64,000 nucleotides of DNA from Epiperipatus broadwayi (GCA_028023455.1 JAQFVV010000004.1:15314001-15378000), one strand, 5' to 3'; shown: positions 1 to 13,468, counted from the first letter of the stretch. Numbers and translations: made by a program. The notes: generated from the letters alone by a model not told the origin.

Positions 1-890
1 TAGTGATTTACTACCAATTCTGTCTTTAGGATGATATGATTTATGGTTATTAAAAAACCAAAATGTATAGATTCTGAACTGGGTTCTGATTCTGTGTAAC
101 TACACAAGTGAATTAGCTTGGATTGAAAACATTATTTTGTTTTCAATTTGGGTTCATTGATTTGTCATTAAATAAATACATAAAATGTGGTTGCTGGAGG
201 ATCGCATTAGATATAAAACTCTAGGAGCAGTGCTCTCAGATCCAGGGCTTCTCACTAATGAAAGCCATAAGCTAGAAATTTGTCTGGGAATATTTGATGA
301 GTAGACGCTAGATAGGGATTTTATGCACAAATCTTTTAGCATTCATTGATTACTATGGCTTGTACTGGGTGGCACTACTATATGGAGAATATGCTTTTGT
401 TTTAAAGCTTGTGTAAGCATCATAGGAAATGGTGATCATGTGATGTTTTAGTGGTTTACTACCAATTCTGCCTGTAGGATTATGGTGATTTATGGTTATT
501 AAAAACCAAGAACACCAAAATGTATAGTTTCTGAACTGACTTCTGATTCTTGTATGACTTTACAAGTGAATCAGCTTGGATTGAAAACATTATGTTTTCA
601 TTTTGGCCTCATTGATTTGTAGTTAACTAAATAGGTAAAGGGTGGTTGCTGGAGATCAAGATGTCATGCTCCCAAATCCAGAGAACCTCACTAATGAAAG
701 CCACAATCTAGAAATTTGATTGGGGATATTGGATGAGTAGGTCCTATAGAAATTTTGTGCACATACCTTCTAACATTCATTTGTTTCTATGGTTTGCACT
801 GGATGGCATTATTATATGGAGAGTATACTACAATTTTAAAAGCTTGGGAAAACATAGGAAATGGTGATCGTGTGATTTTTAGTGCTTTAA
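1..890. repeat. Diverged tandem duplication (~445-bp unit) carrying the right end of a TTAA-flanked DNA-transposon family
   Basis: TAGTG(A/G)TTTACTACCAATTCTG recurs at 1 and 450. 300-405 and ~735-839 align to the right half of the MITE at 20306-20449 and end in TTAA (402-405, 836-839). Confidence 0.8.
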
Positions 891-2643
891 AGTAAGAGAT
901 TGCAAGGTTTTAAAATCATATTGTTATGATTTAGAATATCACATTTGAATTTTATATAATAAAGTTATTCTTTTTTTTTTTGGAAAAATCATTCCTTTTT
1001 TCATAGCATGGGAAAAAGAAAATATGATTGTGGACCCAAAAAAGTATGGAAAAGGCAGTACCAAAATAAACGGTACGGATTCACTTAATATTGCAGATAA
1101 TTTATGATACCGATACCAACATTTAAAAGACATTTTGATGAACAAAATGAAATCCGAAATGATTTTTTATATATGTAATTCCCCTAATTACCATTTTGGA
1201 AACACACTAATACAATTTGGGAGATAGACGTTCTAAATAGTACTGATTGTAGAGCTTTAAAAATATTTTTAAGCATATATTTTCTAAAGGATAAAAAAAA
1301 ATACTAATTATGCAAATAAAAAATACATAATTCATCTATTTACAGATGCAAATATTAATTATCTCTCAAAGACATCCCAATAAATAAATAAAAAATAATT
1401 TTCGTAAATGGGTATAATGTGGGTAACTTTCTCTCCATAAATAAAATATAATAGTAGTCTTTTTTTTTTAAGCTGCTAATATAGCTTTATTTAAAAAATG
1501 CCCTTAACGTAATATTGTTTTATCTATCTTAATCTTATGTGAATACTTTTTTCATTTTGTTAATAAAATTATTTAATAGGTATAATAGGAAAAAGAAAAA
1601 TCCATGACTTATTAGTTTGTCAGTCTCTCGAAGAATTGTTTTAATAAAAAGTTGTAAGAAGTGAAAGAAAATATATCATTATGAATAACATCTTTTCAAT
1701 CTAAAATTAATGTTTTAAAATAATTTTATAACAATTATTTCTGTTTATTGGAAGTGAGAAAATGTGGAAAAAATAATAGCTATTGGTATTAGATTTTGAT
1801 ATTTTGTTATCGAACACATCAATGTATCAATCAAGCAAGATTTTTTTTTATAATAAATGACATAAAATAAGAAACTTTAAATGTAAGAAATATTAAAATC
1901 ATTGCTATGAGTTTAAATATAAACTATATGTAGTAAGTCTCTGCAACATAATTTAAGAAATAGAAAGTCTAACTTAATACCTACTTGTATTCGTATTAAT
2001 TCCTGATATGTTAGAAAATATTCATATGAATGTAACTATTTTTACAAATTTTCTTTGGTTGCATTTGCTTTCCTATTAAGACCTGGTAATTTAAATATAT
2101 AATAAAGCTATTTTACTGTATTTTAATAATTTACTCATATTTAATTTTATATTACTGTTTGTATGAAATCATTTTGTTAGATTTAACTTTTCCATTTTGA
2201 ATGACATTTATTGTGGGTGGTACATCTATTATATTATTTTTCTTTTTTTAAATTAATAATAAAGTATACTATTATTAGATGAAAGTTGAAGGAATAGAGT
2301 TGTAAAATTGCAGACTTATTTCAGATGATAATATATTAAAAAGGAATATATAGAAAGTATAAATGAGTAATTAACAACAAATGTAAGCTGACTGTCAAAC
2401 AAAATAAATGAATATATAACATTGAAAAGAGGCCCAAAGCAGAGGATTAATTGAATCTCTACAATACAGTTTTAAAAAGACCTTCTGATTTTTAGTTCCT
2501 ATCTTGAATTTTTTAGCGCTTCATAGTTTTTATATGTCATTGACTAGTTGTTGTTGTTATAACAACAACAATAATAATAATGTTATTTATGTTATAAAAG
2601 TAATCGAATAAAAGTAATATCTGCTTAATCTAATTAGTAATTT

Positions 2644-2755
2644 TAATAATTAGCCATTAAACTAATGCACATGCACTTTGTGGATTTTAACTATAAATGA
2701 ATACCCTCACTTTCCAAACCCAAGATAAAATGTTTGTGAAAAGATAGAATGAATC
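2644..2755. repeat. Single-arm copy of the palindromic element at 36307-36535
   Basis: AGCCATTAA(A/G)CTAATGCACATGC(A/G)CTTTGTGGATTTTAACTATAAATGAATAC is shared with 36321-36373. Confidence 0.85.
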
Positions 2756-4041
2756 TAATTTTAAGTATTCTTTAGTAGTGATTAATAATGCTTTAACCAA
2801 GTTTGTCATAGTGAGTATGAATCCATTTTGAAGCATATTAAATTTACTTATCCCAGTTGTTTATTATCTCAGACCTCAGTATTGATTATTTTCAGTTTTG
2901 TTAATAAATATAATTTATTAAAATTAAGTTAGCAAATTTCTTTTGTATTGATTTTAAATAGTTTAAATTTTGTTAGTATTTCTTAAGCAAACAAATCATT
3001 AATTGATAAATTCGTCATGCATAAATAATTTCATTGAGAATAGCATTCATATTCTTTCTCATTATCCTTTATTTTTTCATCTATCTCATAATAAGTTTAC
3101 ATCTTTGTTACAACTTAATAGGATTAGTGCCAATGTTTTTGAACCAATTATGTTTAACAATTTATTTTTTCCCTAATCCCCTAATATTTTTTAAATGTAC
3201 AAAATTAATCAAACTTCTTTATAATTAGTTATATTGTTTATCTTAATTCTTATGCATGACTATTTAATTTCTTTATTTAAATTAATATTTAGGTACGGCT
3301 TGTTTAATATTAATATTTTTATTTCTATATTGGATATGATTAATTGGATCTCTACTTCAGAAATACTTATTTTCTACCATTGTTAAATCAGCAAAAGTTA
3401 TCTATTTTGCTTTATTTGTTACCAAATTTTTAACATGTATAATTATTCTGGATATGAACTTTTTAAAAAAAAATTATTTATGTCTATATAATTTTACTCT
3501 TGCTCATATATATATATATGTGTGTGTGTACACTAATACTATCGGTGGGAATGATTCATCTGATCATATGACATGCTTCTAGTCAAAATACCCATTTCTT
3601 ATACTTATATCATCATGTTATACAGAATAAAAATCAGTAATTTTGAAATGTCAGTTTAGCCACAAGTGTTTTTGTAAAGCTTATCTTGAATTATTTTATA
3701 AATACTGGAATATTTTCTTTGCATTGATTTCTGCAATGATTTGTTCCATTACACTGTTTTTTTTATTTCAATTTCTTCATTATGTATGTCAGATTGTATC
3801 AATGAATGATAATTTCACATCACAATTTGTTTTAGTTGTTCCTTCATCTTAAATAATAACAGTTACCATTCTTGATATTCTCAATTTTGAAATGTCAATA
3901 GTTCAGTTTTGAATCCTCTAGCTTATTAGGCACAATAATATGGATTTTAAATTTAAATAACTCTGAAATATCTTCTCAAGTTTATGTAAGTGATCTCAAC
4001 TTTTTATTGAATATTTTTTTATTATATCCATAAGAGGTTAC

Positions 4042-4063
4042 AATAATAATAATAATAATAATA

Positions 4064-4098
<35 letters not shown>
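4042..4098. repeat. Compound (AAT)n-(GAT)n microsatellite
   Basis: Read directly from the sequence. Confidence 0.95.
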
Positions 4099-7000
4099 AT
4101 GTTGATATGTGTTTTCAGTTTTGTAGAACATGTCATCAAAAATAAAGTGATCAAAGATAAAGTGATAATATTGTTTAACTCTTAATATATATATATCAGT
4201 GTGTTTATCTAAAACATCTATATTTTAAGTGTTGCCCATCCTTGCATTTAAAACAGGAAGACAGTTCAATATTTTTCCTGAATAATAAACTGATTTTTTT
4301 TTTGCTTTACGCAACAGATGTATTTATTAAGAAATAACTTTATGTATGTCGCTGATTATAAAAGTCTGAATTATTTTGAATTATAAAAGTATTTTTAAAT
4401 ACGAGTTCCTTAGTATATATAAACACTTTATATGTTGAAAGGTGATAGTAACATAAAATAATTCTCAGAAGTTTTTCTTGACATGAGTAGAGAGGTCTTA
4501 TTATAATAAATGTTTACACTGGTCTTTTATATACCTGCAAAATAACCCTCACGCTGCTTCAGAACACATTTATTTCTGCCATTAAGATAAACTTGAAGCT
4601 TTATTTGAAATTTGTCAGTGTGCATTGACTCTGGAGGCCTGTTTTATGATGGACAGCATGGAGTGCACTAGTTTGAAGATGTTTATTGCCAACCTAGGTC
4701 ATTATTCATAACTAGCTCTAACTTTTGTCTGTGTAAAATGTCTGTACCTGATGCCCATAGTAGCACAATTCCCCTGTGGCTCATCAATTTGATTCGTAAA
4801 AATTATTTTCTTTCTCTCTTTACCAATTAGAAGTTTACTTTTACTTACTTATTTTTATATGAGATTGGTTTATAAATTTTAATTTAGAATAATGTGTTTA
4901 ATTTTTTTTTTTTTCATTTAAGTAGGCGTGTGTGTTATTATATCATGTTTAAGTCTTCTACATGCAGCTACATGCATTTTTATTATTCTTTATTATAAAA
5001 TCATTTTAATATTTTTGCTCTTAAATAAACTTTTTAAAAATTGTAATTATTTTTATATACATATGTTTACACTTTTTTGTTTGTTTTATCAATATATCTC
5101 TGAACTCCACCATATTGCAACCATCTTCTAACAACTCTTTTTCATTGTGCATGCATTTCATGAACTATCTTTGTTTTATAGGTGAGCTAGAGATATCAGT
5201 ACTCAGATTTCCATGCCATGTTGACAGTTCAATAATCTTCACATTACCACTTGCACAAGATACACTAGTTTCTCTCTACTTTTAACAACTTAGGAAAAAG
5301 TGAACAATTTTTGCACTGTTTACATGTATTTTCAAATTTTAGTGTATGTTTATTAATGTATCATTCATATTCATTTCATCATATCATAAGTCATTTATCA
5401 GCACAGAAAGTTAAAATATTCTCTATCACTGTGTAAGCATTACATGAACAAACTTCCCTTTTCAGATGAGCCAGAGGTATCAACATAATATATATAATGA
5501 TAAATAATATTTTAATAATGAATAACTATATCAACACGTGAAAATCTTCACAAACATATTTAAATAATAATTGAACTGCCCTCTAGCTGCAAAGTTCGAT
5601 AGCATTTTACAATAAGAGAGTGAGCCCTTGTATCGTCTTTTAGATCTTTTTATGTACAGCCATCCAGAACTATTACAAACCAGAGTTCCAATTTAAATCA
5701 GTCTTTATATCTTTTAATGTAACTTGATCTTTAATTGACCGATATTAAATATATATATATATTGTAACCAGTTGGCTAAATAGATGGACTAAAAATAATT
5801 AGATAGTTGGCAGCATATTTCTCAGATTTAAGTATAGAATTATTTAATTAATGGGGAAAATATTTAATTTTCCCATGCATATTTTTTATAATAATTATCA
5901 ATCTTCAATTAACTAAATATTTTAAGTCCCAAAATGATAGTATGAGAATTCCCAAACATTAAATTTGTTAAATAATAATATGATTTTAATATGTAAATAT
6001 TTTACTAACAGTTATAAATGATTGTAGAAAGGTGAGAAAATTGTAAAAGAATGTTAACAAGTTTCTTAACTCTCACTCTTTAGTAATTATAATTAATTAG
6101 TAATTTTAATTCAAACTATGAAAATGTACTAAGAGAAAAAAATAATTTTCTCTTTTTTTGTAAATTAGTTAATAGATATTAATTGAAACCTTAAAAGAGA
6201 GATAAAGTTTTATTTTTAATAGTATTTTTAAAAAGAAAAAAAAGATGTGAATACTTTTGGTAAATTTTATTTTTAATTAGGCAGAGTTGTTTTTTTTTCC
6301 TTTTCTCTTTATCTCTCTGCAATGCAAAAATCAAATCAGTGTAATTATCTTTTTTTCCTTTTGCAAGAAAATTTTTTTAATTAGAAAGCATTGTTAAAAA
6401 TTTTATGATGTTAATTTAAGTTCTTGACTTGTTTTTCAATGTCTGTGATTAAGGAGAAAAATAGCTGAAAATTGTATTTATAAAAAGTTACTTGATTGGC
6501 TGTTATAAATACTATCATCTTGGAGACAGATTATGATTGCCTTGTAGACAAGATTGTTCTACAAAAAAAATATTGTGGGTGTGAATGTCAGAAAACCCAA
6601 ATTTTTGGTAGATATTACTGACTTTGCTGTTGAACAGAGAACAATCAAGTCTTAACCTAGCTGTTAAAGAAGGAAATAAGCAGAAGTCTTCACCCAAACT
6701 GCTGCATAAAATAGCAGTTTTAATCAATCTTTTAGCACAAAACCATGTTCTAAATTCTGCTAAAAGCTCAACATCATCATCTTCCATGTAACCTGCCTTC
6801 ACTGGAATAAAAATGTTAAGATGAAATTACCATCCTAAAGTAATCTGCACTTGACTTCAACCAAGAGCATGAGTATCTGCCTGTATTGGTCTTATCTGGA
6901 AATTCAAGAAAAAAATCCAATGGATAAAATTTTCTATTTTTAACCTGGAATTACTGAAAACCAAGAAAAGGACAAATTAACCATGCACATGTCTAGAAGC

Positions 7001-8357
7001 CATCAAGGAGAAACTCAATTGGGAAAAAAATGGAAATTGCAACTGGAAGGGACTCCATAAAAAATAAAATCAGAGTTGAAGGTATTTTATATATGCAAAC
7101 TACATTTTCGTTTATAGTAAAAAAAAAAAAAAAGAGTGATTTTTGTGGGTTTTTTTTAAGAATTCATAATTTAACATATTTTCATTAAAATTAATGTTTC
7201 AAGTTGTGAAACATATTTTTTTTAACTCCAGTCAATTTTCTCTTTAAAATTATGAAATAATTTTTAGATAAATTAAAAAATTTTTTAAACATTTTTTCTC
7301 TTTTCATTCATTTTCCCTCCTAAAAACTTAACAAAAGTTTAATTAGGCTAAATCTTGGATTGTGAAAATATTGTTTTTACAACTCTTAGATATTTTAAAG
7401 AAATAACTTAATTAATTTAAAGTTAATTTATGATTAAAAATCAACTGATAAATTATAATTTTTATGAAAATATATTTTTGATGAAATGAATGTTTAAAGT
7501 TTCATACTATCATGTCATTTTTGTTTATTGTTAATCAATTAGTTATTAAATAATTGTTTTAAAAATATTTTATAGTCTTAATTTCTTTATTCTATCCAAT
7601 TTCTGTTTCATAAATTGCGGTGTGATTTTATTTTATGACAGCTTAATGTTCTAGGATTTTTTTAATGATCCCAATAAAACTTTACATATAATACGGTAAA
7701 CTTACAAATTATTTGAAGTGATTTATAATAAGCTGTTTTATTTATTTATATATCTCTTGTTCAGAGTAATAGTTTATAGAGTTCTTCCTTCCTGAGCTAG
7801 ATTTGTCCATAATAGTTATATGGAATAGGGGTTTATGTTTAGTCTTATAGACATCTAGATAATGATGATCCTGGTTGATGCAAAAGGAATATCCTTTAAA
7901 GTCCATGCATTACATTTCATTTTATTTATTCTTGAGAAATTTAGTTTACAGTTGGTTAGTATATAAGTGGTCAGAATATTGATGATGATCAGGATGTTTT
8001 AGTATCTTTTTATCATTGTATTTTGATGGAATAGCACTTATGTACATCCAGATAATTATTGTTTACATTCTTGCCCTAGATTTGTTTGCAGCTAAATAAT
8101 TATCCTGGTCTATGGTGGACCACTCTCAAATCCAGTCACAAGATTGACTGTTAATTTATTGATCATTCATGATGAATGATTATCACTCTTGTCTGCAATG
8201 CTTATGAACTTATATTTAGATTTGTGTTGATCACTCATGCTCATTCCTCATACATATTCCTTTTATATTTAATTTTATATTTTGTTTATTCAATGATGAT
8301 GATGGTTTCCCATCTCATAATTCAGCCCTAATGTGGTATACTGTTATACATGGCTAC

Positions 8358-8492
8358 CCAATTGTGGGATATTGTAATTTCAGATTCTCTCTTATTAACC
8401 CCTATTTTCTATATTGTTACAATTGACATCCAATTGTGGGACATTGTAACCTCAGATTCTCTTTTATTAATTCCTATTTTTCATACTGTTAT
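8358..8492. repeat. Two-copy tandem repeat, period ~72 bp
   Basis: CCAATTGTGGGA(T/C)ATTGTAA..TCAGATTCTCT occurs at 8358 and 8430. Confidence 0.85.
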
Positions 8493-8658
8493 TATATATA
8501 TATTAATCAAAAAAGCAAGTCATTTTTAATGTGACATCACTTTTATAAGCTTGTGGTTACAAAAACGCAATACAGAGAGCGTACCAATAACTCAAACAAG
8601 TTCTTCATTAATAAGCGCGGTATGAGAAAATATTTAAAATCTTTATCCAGAACACTCA

Positions 8659-8704
8659 TCTCCAGACCAACTGGTTTTGAGCTTATGGCTCACATCAGTG
8701 GAGA
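8659..8704 (-). ncRNA. Type I hammerhead ribozyme motif (mirror copy of 8724-8769)
   Basis: Reverse complement reads TCTCCA-CTGATGT-GAGC-CATAA-GCTC-AAAA-CCAGTTGG-TC-TGGAGA. Confidence 0.75.
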
Positions 8705-8723
8705 GCTGTCTGAATATTCTAGC

Positions 8724-8769
8724 TCTCCACTGATGTGAGCTATAAGCTCAAAACCAGTTGGTCTGGAGA
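8724..8769 (+). ncRNA. Type I hammerhead ribozyme motif, variant or decayed core (U9, A12)
   Basis: Stem I TCTCCA (8724-29)/TGGAGA (8764-69). Core CTGATGT, stem II GAGC-TATAA-GCTC, then AAAA, stem III ACCA-GT-TGGT, and a GUC cleavage triplet at 8761-8763. Confidence 0.75.
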
Positions 8770-8879
8770 TGATAGTGTTCTGGATAGAGATTTTAAATAT
8801 TTTCTCATACCCCATGTATTAATTAAGAGCTTGTTTGAGCTATTGGTACACTCTCTGTATTGCATATATATATATATAT

Positions 8880-10032
8880 TGTACCGGGTTCGAATATGAG
8901 AGGTTCAAAACCCCGGTCTCTTAGGCAGAGAGTATGTATGTCCAAACGATAGCTATAAGATATATAACTAGTGTTACATTTCCAGGACATAGCTTCTTCT
9001 CGACTATTGAATTCAACACCAAGTTCAAAGCACTTTTTTGTTTTGTATAAACACGGGCGCCAGCTATTCATCCATAAGATAAATAACGCACTTTGAACAA
9101 TGGCCACTAATTCAATGCCTAAGTTACACCCATAGACTAGCTCAGTTATTTGTAATCAATAAGAATTTATTCCTTAACTAGTGGCATAAAAGAATTGATA
9201 AAAGCTTGGTAAAAGGAATTGACTGACAAATAAAGTTTTAATTTAAAGACAATTTGTTTAATTAACACTTAATATACTATTTCTAAATACTCTTGTATAT
9301 TTTATTAAAAGAACACTGGCATTTATCTAATTATCACGCACATATTAACTCATACACTCACATATATAATAATAAAGCATTAAATAGTATTTGACATTTA
9401 GAACACAAATTAATAGTTCATTTTTATGTGCTATAGCAGGGGTCCCCAACCTTTTTGCACCTAAGAGCACATTCTATAATACCAGCCAGGTGGCGGGCAC
9501 CATTTATTTTTTCAATGTAAATTTATAGTTGGATATTGTTAATAATACACGTAATGTACAAAAAAATATTGATTTCAAAAATAAAATTTTAACATATAAT
9601 TAACATTTATATTTTTATGCTGTAAAAAGTATAGTATGCGCTACAATCTGATTACAATATAATACAATAATTTATAAGAAATTTTAAAAATTAAATTTAT
9701 TTGTATCAGATAAATAATTTTTTATTGTGTTCAGATAATGGCGGGCACATGTAAAATGGTCTGCGGGCACCATGGTGCCCACAGTCATAGGGTTGGGGAC
9801 CCCTGTGCTATAGAGTTCATATCTTTGACTCTTGGAGGATTCACACGAATGTGATGGCTACTTTATAAATGAGAATAAGAAAATGTTTTACCTAGGATTT
9901 TAGAACAAGGACTTTTTGCTGTTTGCTGCTTCTACTGAGATATATCTAACTGGTTAGATTTGAAGTTTCTTGAGGAGGTTTCATTTTTATTCATCGGTAT
10001 TATTACTGGAGACAATTAGATATTGATGGAGA
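8880..10032 (-). mobile_element. Putative 3' LTR (copy 1 of a long direct repeat), interrupted by a hAT MITE
   Basis: Collinear high-identity direct repeat with 13469-14263 once 9437-9813 is removed. Starts TGTACC on +, i.e. ends ...GGTACA on -. Confidence 0.7.
9437..9805. mobile_element. hAT (Charlie-like) MITE, 369 bp
   Basis: TIRs CAGGGGTCCCCAACC/GGTTGGGGACCCCTG. 8-bp TSD TGCTATAG at 9429-9436 and 9806-9813. Empty site in the paralogous repeat at 14036-14043. Confidence 0.95.
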
Positions 10033-11850
10033 TTCTTCAAGCTGTTACTCAGACATTATTTTACGGGCGGGTCTTGCTGTTTTACTGGACTCCAGGCTGG
10101 AGAAAGACGTATGTTTTCTGAGGTTTTAAACAATGCATTCTTGATTATGATATAACTCACTGATAGATTGTACTGAACTGTTATCTCAAATGCAACTCTG
10201 ATGCAATCAACTTGACTAAATGTCCGATAAAAATTTGGCTACTTATACATGACACGTGCTTTCATTTTGATATCCTCCGGCAATATCTGTTGTCGAAATT
10301 CCTTTGATAATCCTTTGACTATGTGTTTTTGAGATCGTTTAATTAGTAGCCATGCAAACATGTTGTTTTTTCCTTTGTTTAACTTAATAGCCATCACTGT
10401 GTTTTTTAAATCTTTAACTTTCATTTATTTATAATATTTAATATTTATTACGCATACATTATTTACTACTGCACATATATATTTTACTAACTCAACACTA
10501 GTTTTAAGATTACCTTTTTTTTAAACTCGAATGAAAAGAAATTTATATTTTTAAACTTTTTAAATTATATTTCAACTAATAACAATAAACTCTTTACTTT
10601 TTTTATAAAACTTTTAGTTTGACTTTTCTGATGCGAACTCCTCCTCTCCCCTTTTAATTAATTAATTGTAACTTTTATTTCAAACTCTTTGACTTCTATT
10701 TTTTTTTACCTTTTGAAAACAAACTGCAATAATAATAAAAACTCTCAAACTTTTAAATATTATTCTCTTTTAACGAAACATTTTATTTTAATAATTTTTA
10801 GACAAATCATAATATGTACCAACCCAATATTGATATATTACACCACCTTCTGTTTAAGAGTAAAATGCGTCATTTTTGACCATTTTATTTCTGATAACTT
10901 TAACTCTTAATTATAAATATTATTTTTCTAAGTTTGCTTTTTAATATTTTTTACTTTCCATACTAAGGGCAATCTTCAATGAAACCTTACTTCTTTCGTT
11001 GCTGGCAACATTGCTTACAATGATTTGAGTCCTGGATAGTGACCATGAGGACAAACTAAATTTGTTGCACAGGGATCTTTTGGAAACGAAGTGGAGGCAG
11101 ATTCACTGGCTTAAACCCTCTTACCCATATCAAAATCGAAGCTTCATTTGCCGGGTTTCTACCGGACTTGGAAAAAAAGAAAGGGTCGCTGCGAATGGCG
11201 GGAATTATCAACTGTCCATTTTCGACTTATGCTTTGGAAACGAGGTACGAGATATGTGAAATGCAGGGACTATCACCCGAAGAAGTAATACGTGGCTTAC
11301 GCTAGTTATTCCCAGTGCGCATTTTAAAAGAGGAATGATCCCTGACAGTCCATTACGGGTGCTAAATTTTATCCAGTCGACAACCTTAAACTCATCCTTA
11401 TCTAACACTTATTTCTATATTACCCTCATTCCCTTTAATTTCGATCCCTTATACATTCCTAATATAACTTAGATTGACTTTATATTTTATCTATTTTAAC
11501 CTTACAATATTATTTTTAAGTTAACATGAACATTATCTTAAACATTTATTTATCTTAATCTTTATTCTAAACCCTTACGAATATTATTTTAACATATTTA
11601 TTTATATTACAGTATTATTTTTAAACCATTTATTTAACTTCTTTATTAAAGTGCGTGTATCCAAAAACTTACTTTATTACGATTCATTATTACACAGATA
11701 TTTTTTTATTTCTTTCTTTAAATTGCTTCTATTCAAAACTATTTTATTTTATTATGACTATTTTACACTTATTTGCTTAACTTGAATTCTTTCTGCATAT
11801 TTCTGTTATCTTACTCATTTATTTAAACCTACAGACTTTACTTTTAAATC

Positions 11851-12240
11851 ATTAATTTGATCCATTTATTTAACTTGATTTTATTGATTGATTTTTTTTT
11901 TTTATTTGAACTGTTTATTTATGAGCATTTTTCTTTTTTAATATGTGCGTGGAGAAAAAAAAAATCTTTTATTTTACGAAGCCTCCATTATTTTTATTAC
12001 TTTCAAACATTTCATTTATCATTATTCATTTATTTTTTAATTTACATTAATTTGACCCATTTGTTTAACTTGATTTTATTGATTGATTTTTTTTTTTTTA
12101 TTTGAACTGTTTATTTATGAGCATTTTTCTTTTTTAATATGTGCGTGGAGAAAAAAAAAATATTTTATTTTACGAAGCCTCCATTATTTTTATTACTTTC
12201 AAACATTTCATTTATCATTATTCATTTATTTTTTTATTTA
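11851..12240. repeat. Two-copy tandem duplication, period 195 bp, inside the LTR-like element
   Basis: ATTAATTTGA(T/C)CCATTT(A/G)TTTAACTTGATTTTATTGATTG occurs at 11851 and 12046, and ATGTGCGTGGAGAAAAAAAA occurs in both copies. Confidence 0.92.
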
Positions 12241-12403
12241 TTATTTTAGTTTTAAATAGAAGTTTCAGATTTAAACTTCTCAGATTTATTTACGTTACAA
12301 TAATTATTTTACTCAGTCCATTGCCGGTCCCTTTTGTTTCTGTTTACCTTAATATTCTGTCCCTATTACTAACTTTTAAACTTTATCAGGCAGTTTTTTC
12401 TTT

Positions 12404-13084
12404 CTACATACTAACTATAATATAAACTAACTTTCCTCTCTTATCTATCCCTCTCTTATAATTTATTACTTTATCTCTTTCATGCTCAGTCCTATTTTCA
12501 ACTTTGTAAATCAGAAAACCTTGATACCTAGCACAACTCCGTATTACTTCAATATTAGAATATTTTTTTCTGCACTTTCTTTTTGTTTTAAATCTCCATA
12601 TAAAATGAATATGAACATTTACTTTAATCTTTTTATGTTTATGTTCTATCTTGATTAATTTTATTTCCAAACTACTATGCTTAATGCTATATTCTACCTT
12701 GAACTTATGTTTCTCTTCTATTTCTTGGTCTACATTTGTTTCTACTTTATCTGTTTCAGTGCTATCTGATTCTAATTTAATTTCTATCTCTTTTATGACC
12801 TCAACTTCCTTACTTTCTTTGACAAAATCTACTTCTACGATCTCTTGATTTTTCTCTACCTTTCCTGTAATTTCACATCTCATTTCTCTTAGTTCCGCAA
12901 TGAATTCTTGCTGATCTTGCCTGATTTCTTCTAGTTCTGCAATGAGTTCTTGCTGACTTTGTCTAATTTCTTCCTTCAATTCAGCTTTGAATTCTAACTG
13001 ACTCTGCTTGATTTCTTGTTTAAATTTCTGTCACAATTCTTCTTTGAACTTTTGCATCACATTCATCATCATTTTCATCATCAT
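12404..13084 (-). pseudogene. Coiled-coil, gag-like ORF of the LTR-like element with one in-frame stop
   Basis: Frame reads MMMKMMMNVMQKFKEEL*QKFKQEIKQSQLEFKAELKEEIRQSQQELIAELEEIRQDQQ..., with TGA at 13033-13031. It lies downstream of the putative PBS. The gag identity is inferred from position and heptad composition only. Confidence 0.55.
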
Positions 13085-13448
13085 CTGTGTCTCAGATATT
13101 TCTCTTTTTCCATTTTTAAAACAATATTTTATTTCACTAAATTTAATATACGACTTATTTATTTTTAAATAAAAACACATGGCTAACTTCACCCCTTTGT
13201 CCTTTTCTCAACACATTCTTAAGCTTTAGCTCCGCCCAAAATATCTAACTGTCTCTGATTTAACAGAATGATTTATTTATAAGTAACGTAAACGTTAAAA
13301 TCTCTTTTCATTTAAAGAAAAAAGTTTTCGGTCAATTCTTTTTTTAAAATTAAACCACTTTAAAATACGTAATTTCGCTTTTCTATAAAATTTTTATTTT
13401 CAAACAAGAAACAAAGTATTTAATTACTATTGTTTCTTAGGTTTGAAG

Positions 13449-13466
13449 CAACCATGTTGGGAGGCA
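13449..13466 (-). promoter_or_regulatory. Degenerate tRNA-Lys1,2-type primer binding site
   Basis: TGCCTCCCAACATGGTTG lies 2 nt after the repeat end ...GGTACA and matches TGGCGCCCAACGTGGGGC at 12/18 positions, one mismatch being a CpG-type change. Confidence 0.45.
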
Positions 13467-13468
13467 TT

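Larger units (their letters stand above)
8567..8863. repeat. ~297-bp near-perfect palindrome (inverted pair of an HHR-bearing repeat)
   Basis: Left arm GCAATACAGAGAG...CAGTGGAGAGCT (8567-8707) is the reverse complement of AGCTCTCCACTG...CTCTCTGTATTGC (8721-8863), with a 13-nt centre containing GAATATTC. Confidence 0.92.

Noticed and set aside
4116-4170. Possible extra KDELC1 exon after TTTTCAG (HVIKNKV resembling CHY.IK.NK)
   Set aside because: The match is too short, the splice position does not fit the expected exon layout, and no sustained homology follows.
6660-6760. Resemblance of WFCAKRLIKTAILCSSL to BIVM, a KDELC1 neighbour in human
   Set aside because: Only a few scattered identities and no further BIVM motifs, so it is likely chance.
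11062-11408. GC-richer ORFs in the interior of the LTR-like element as a pol remnant
   Set aside because: No protease, RT, RNase H or integrase motif was recognised in the frames I translated.
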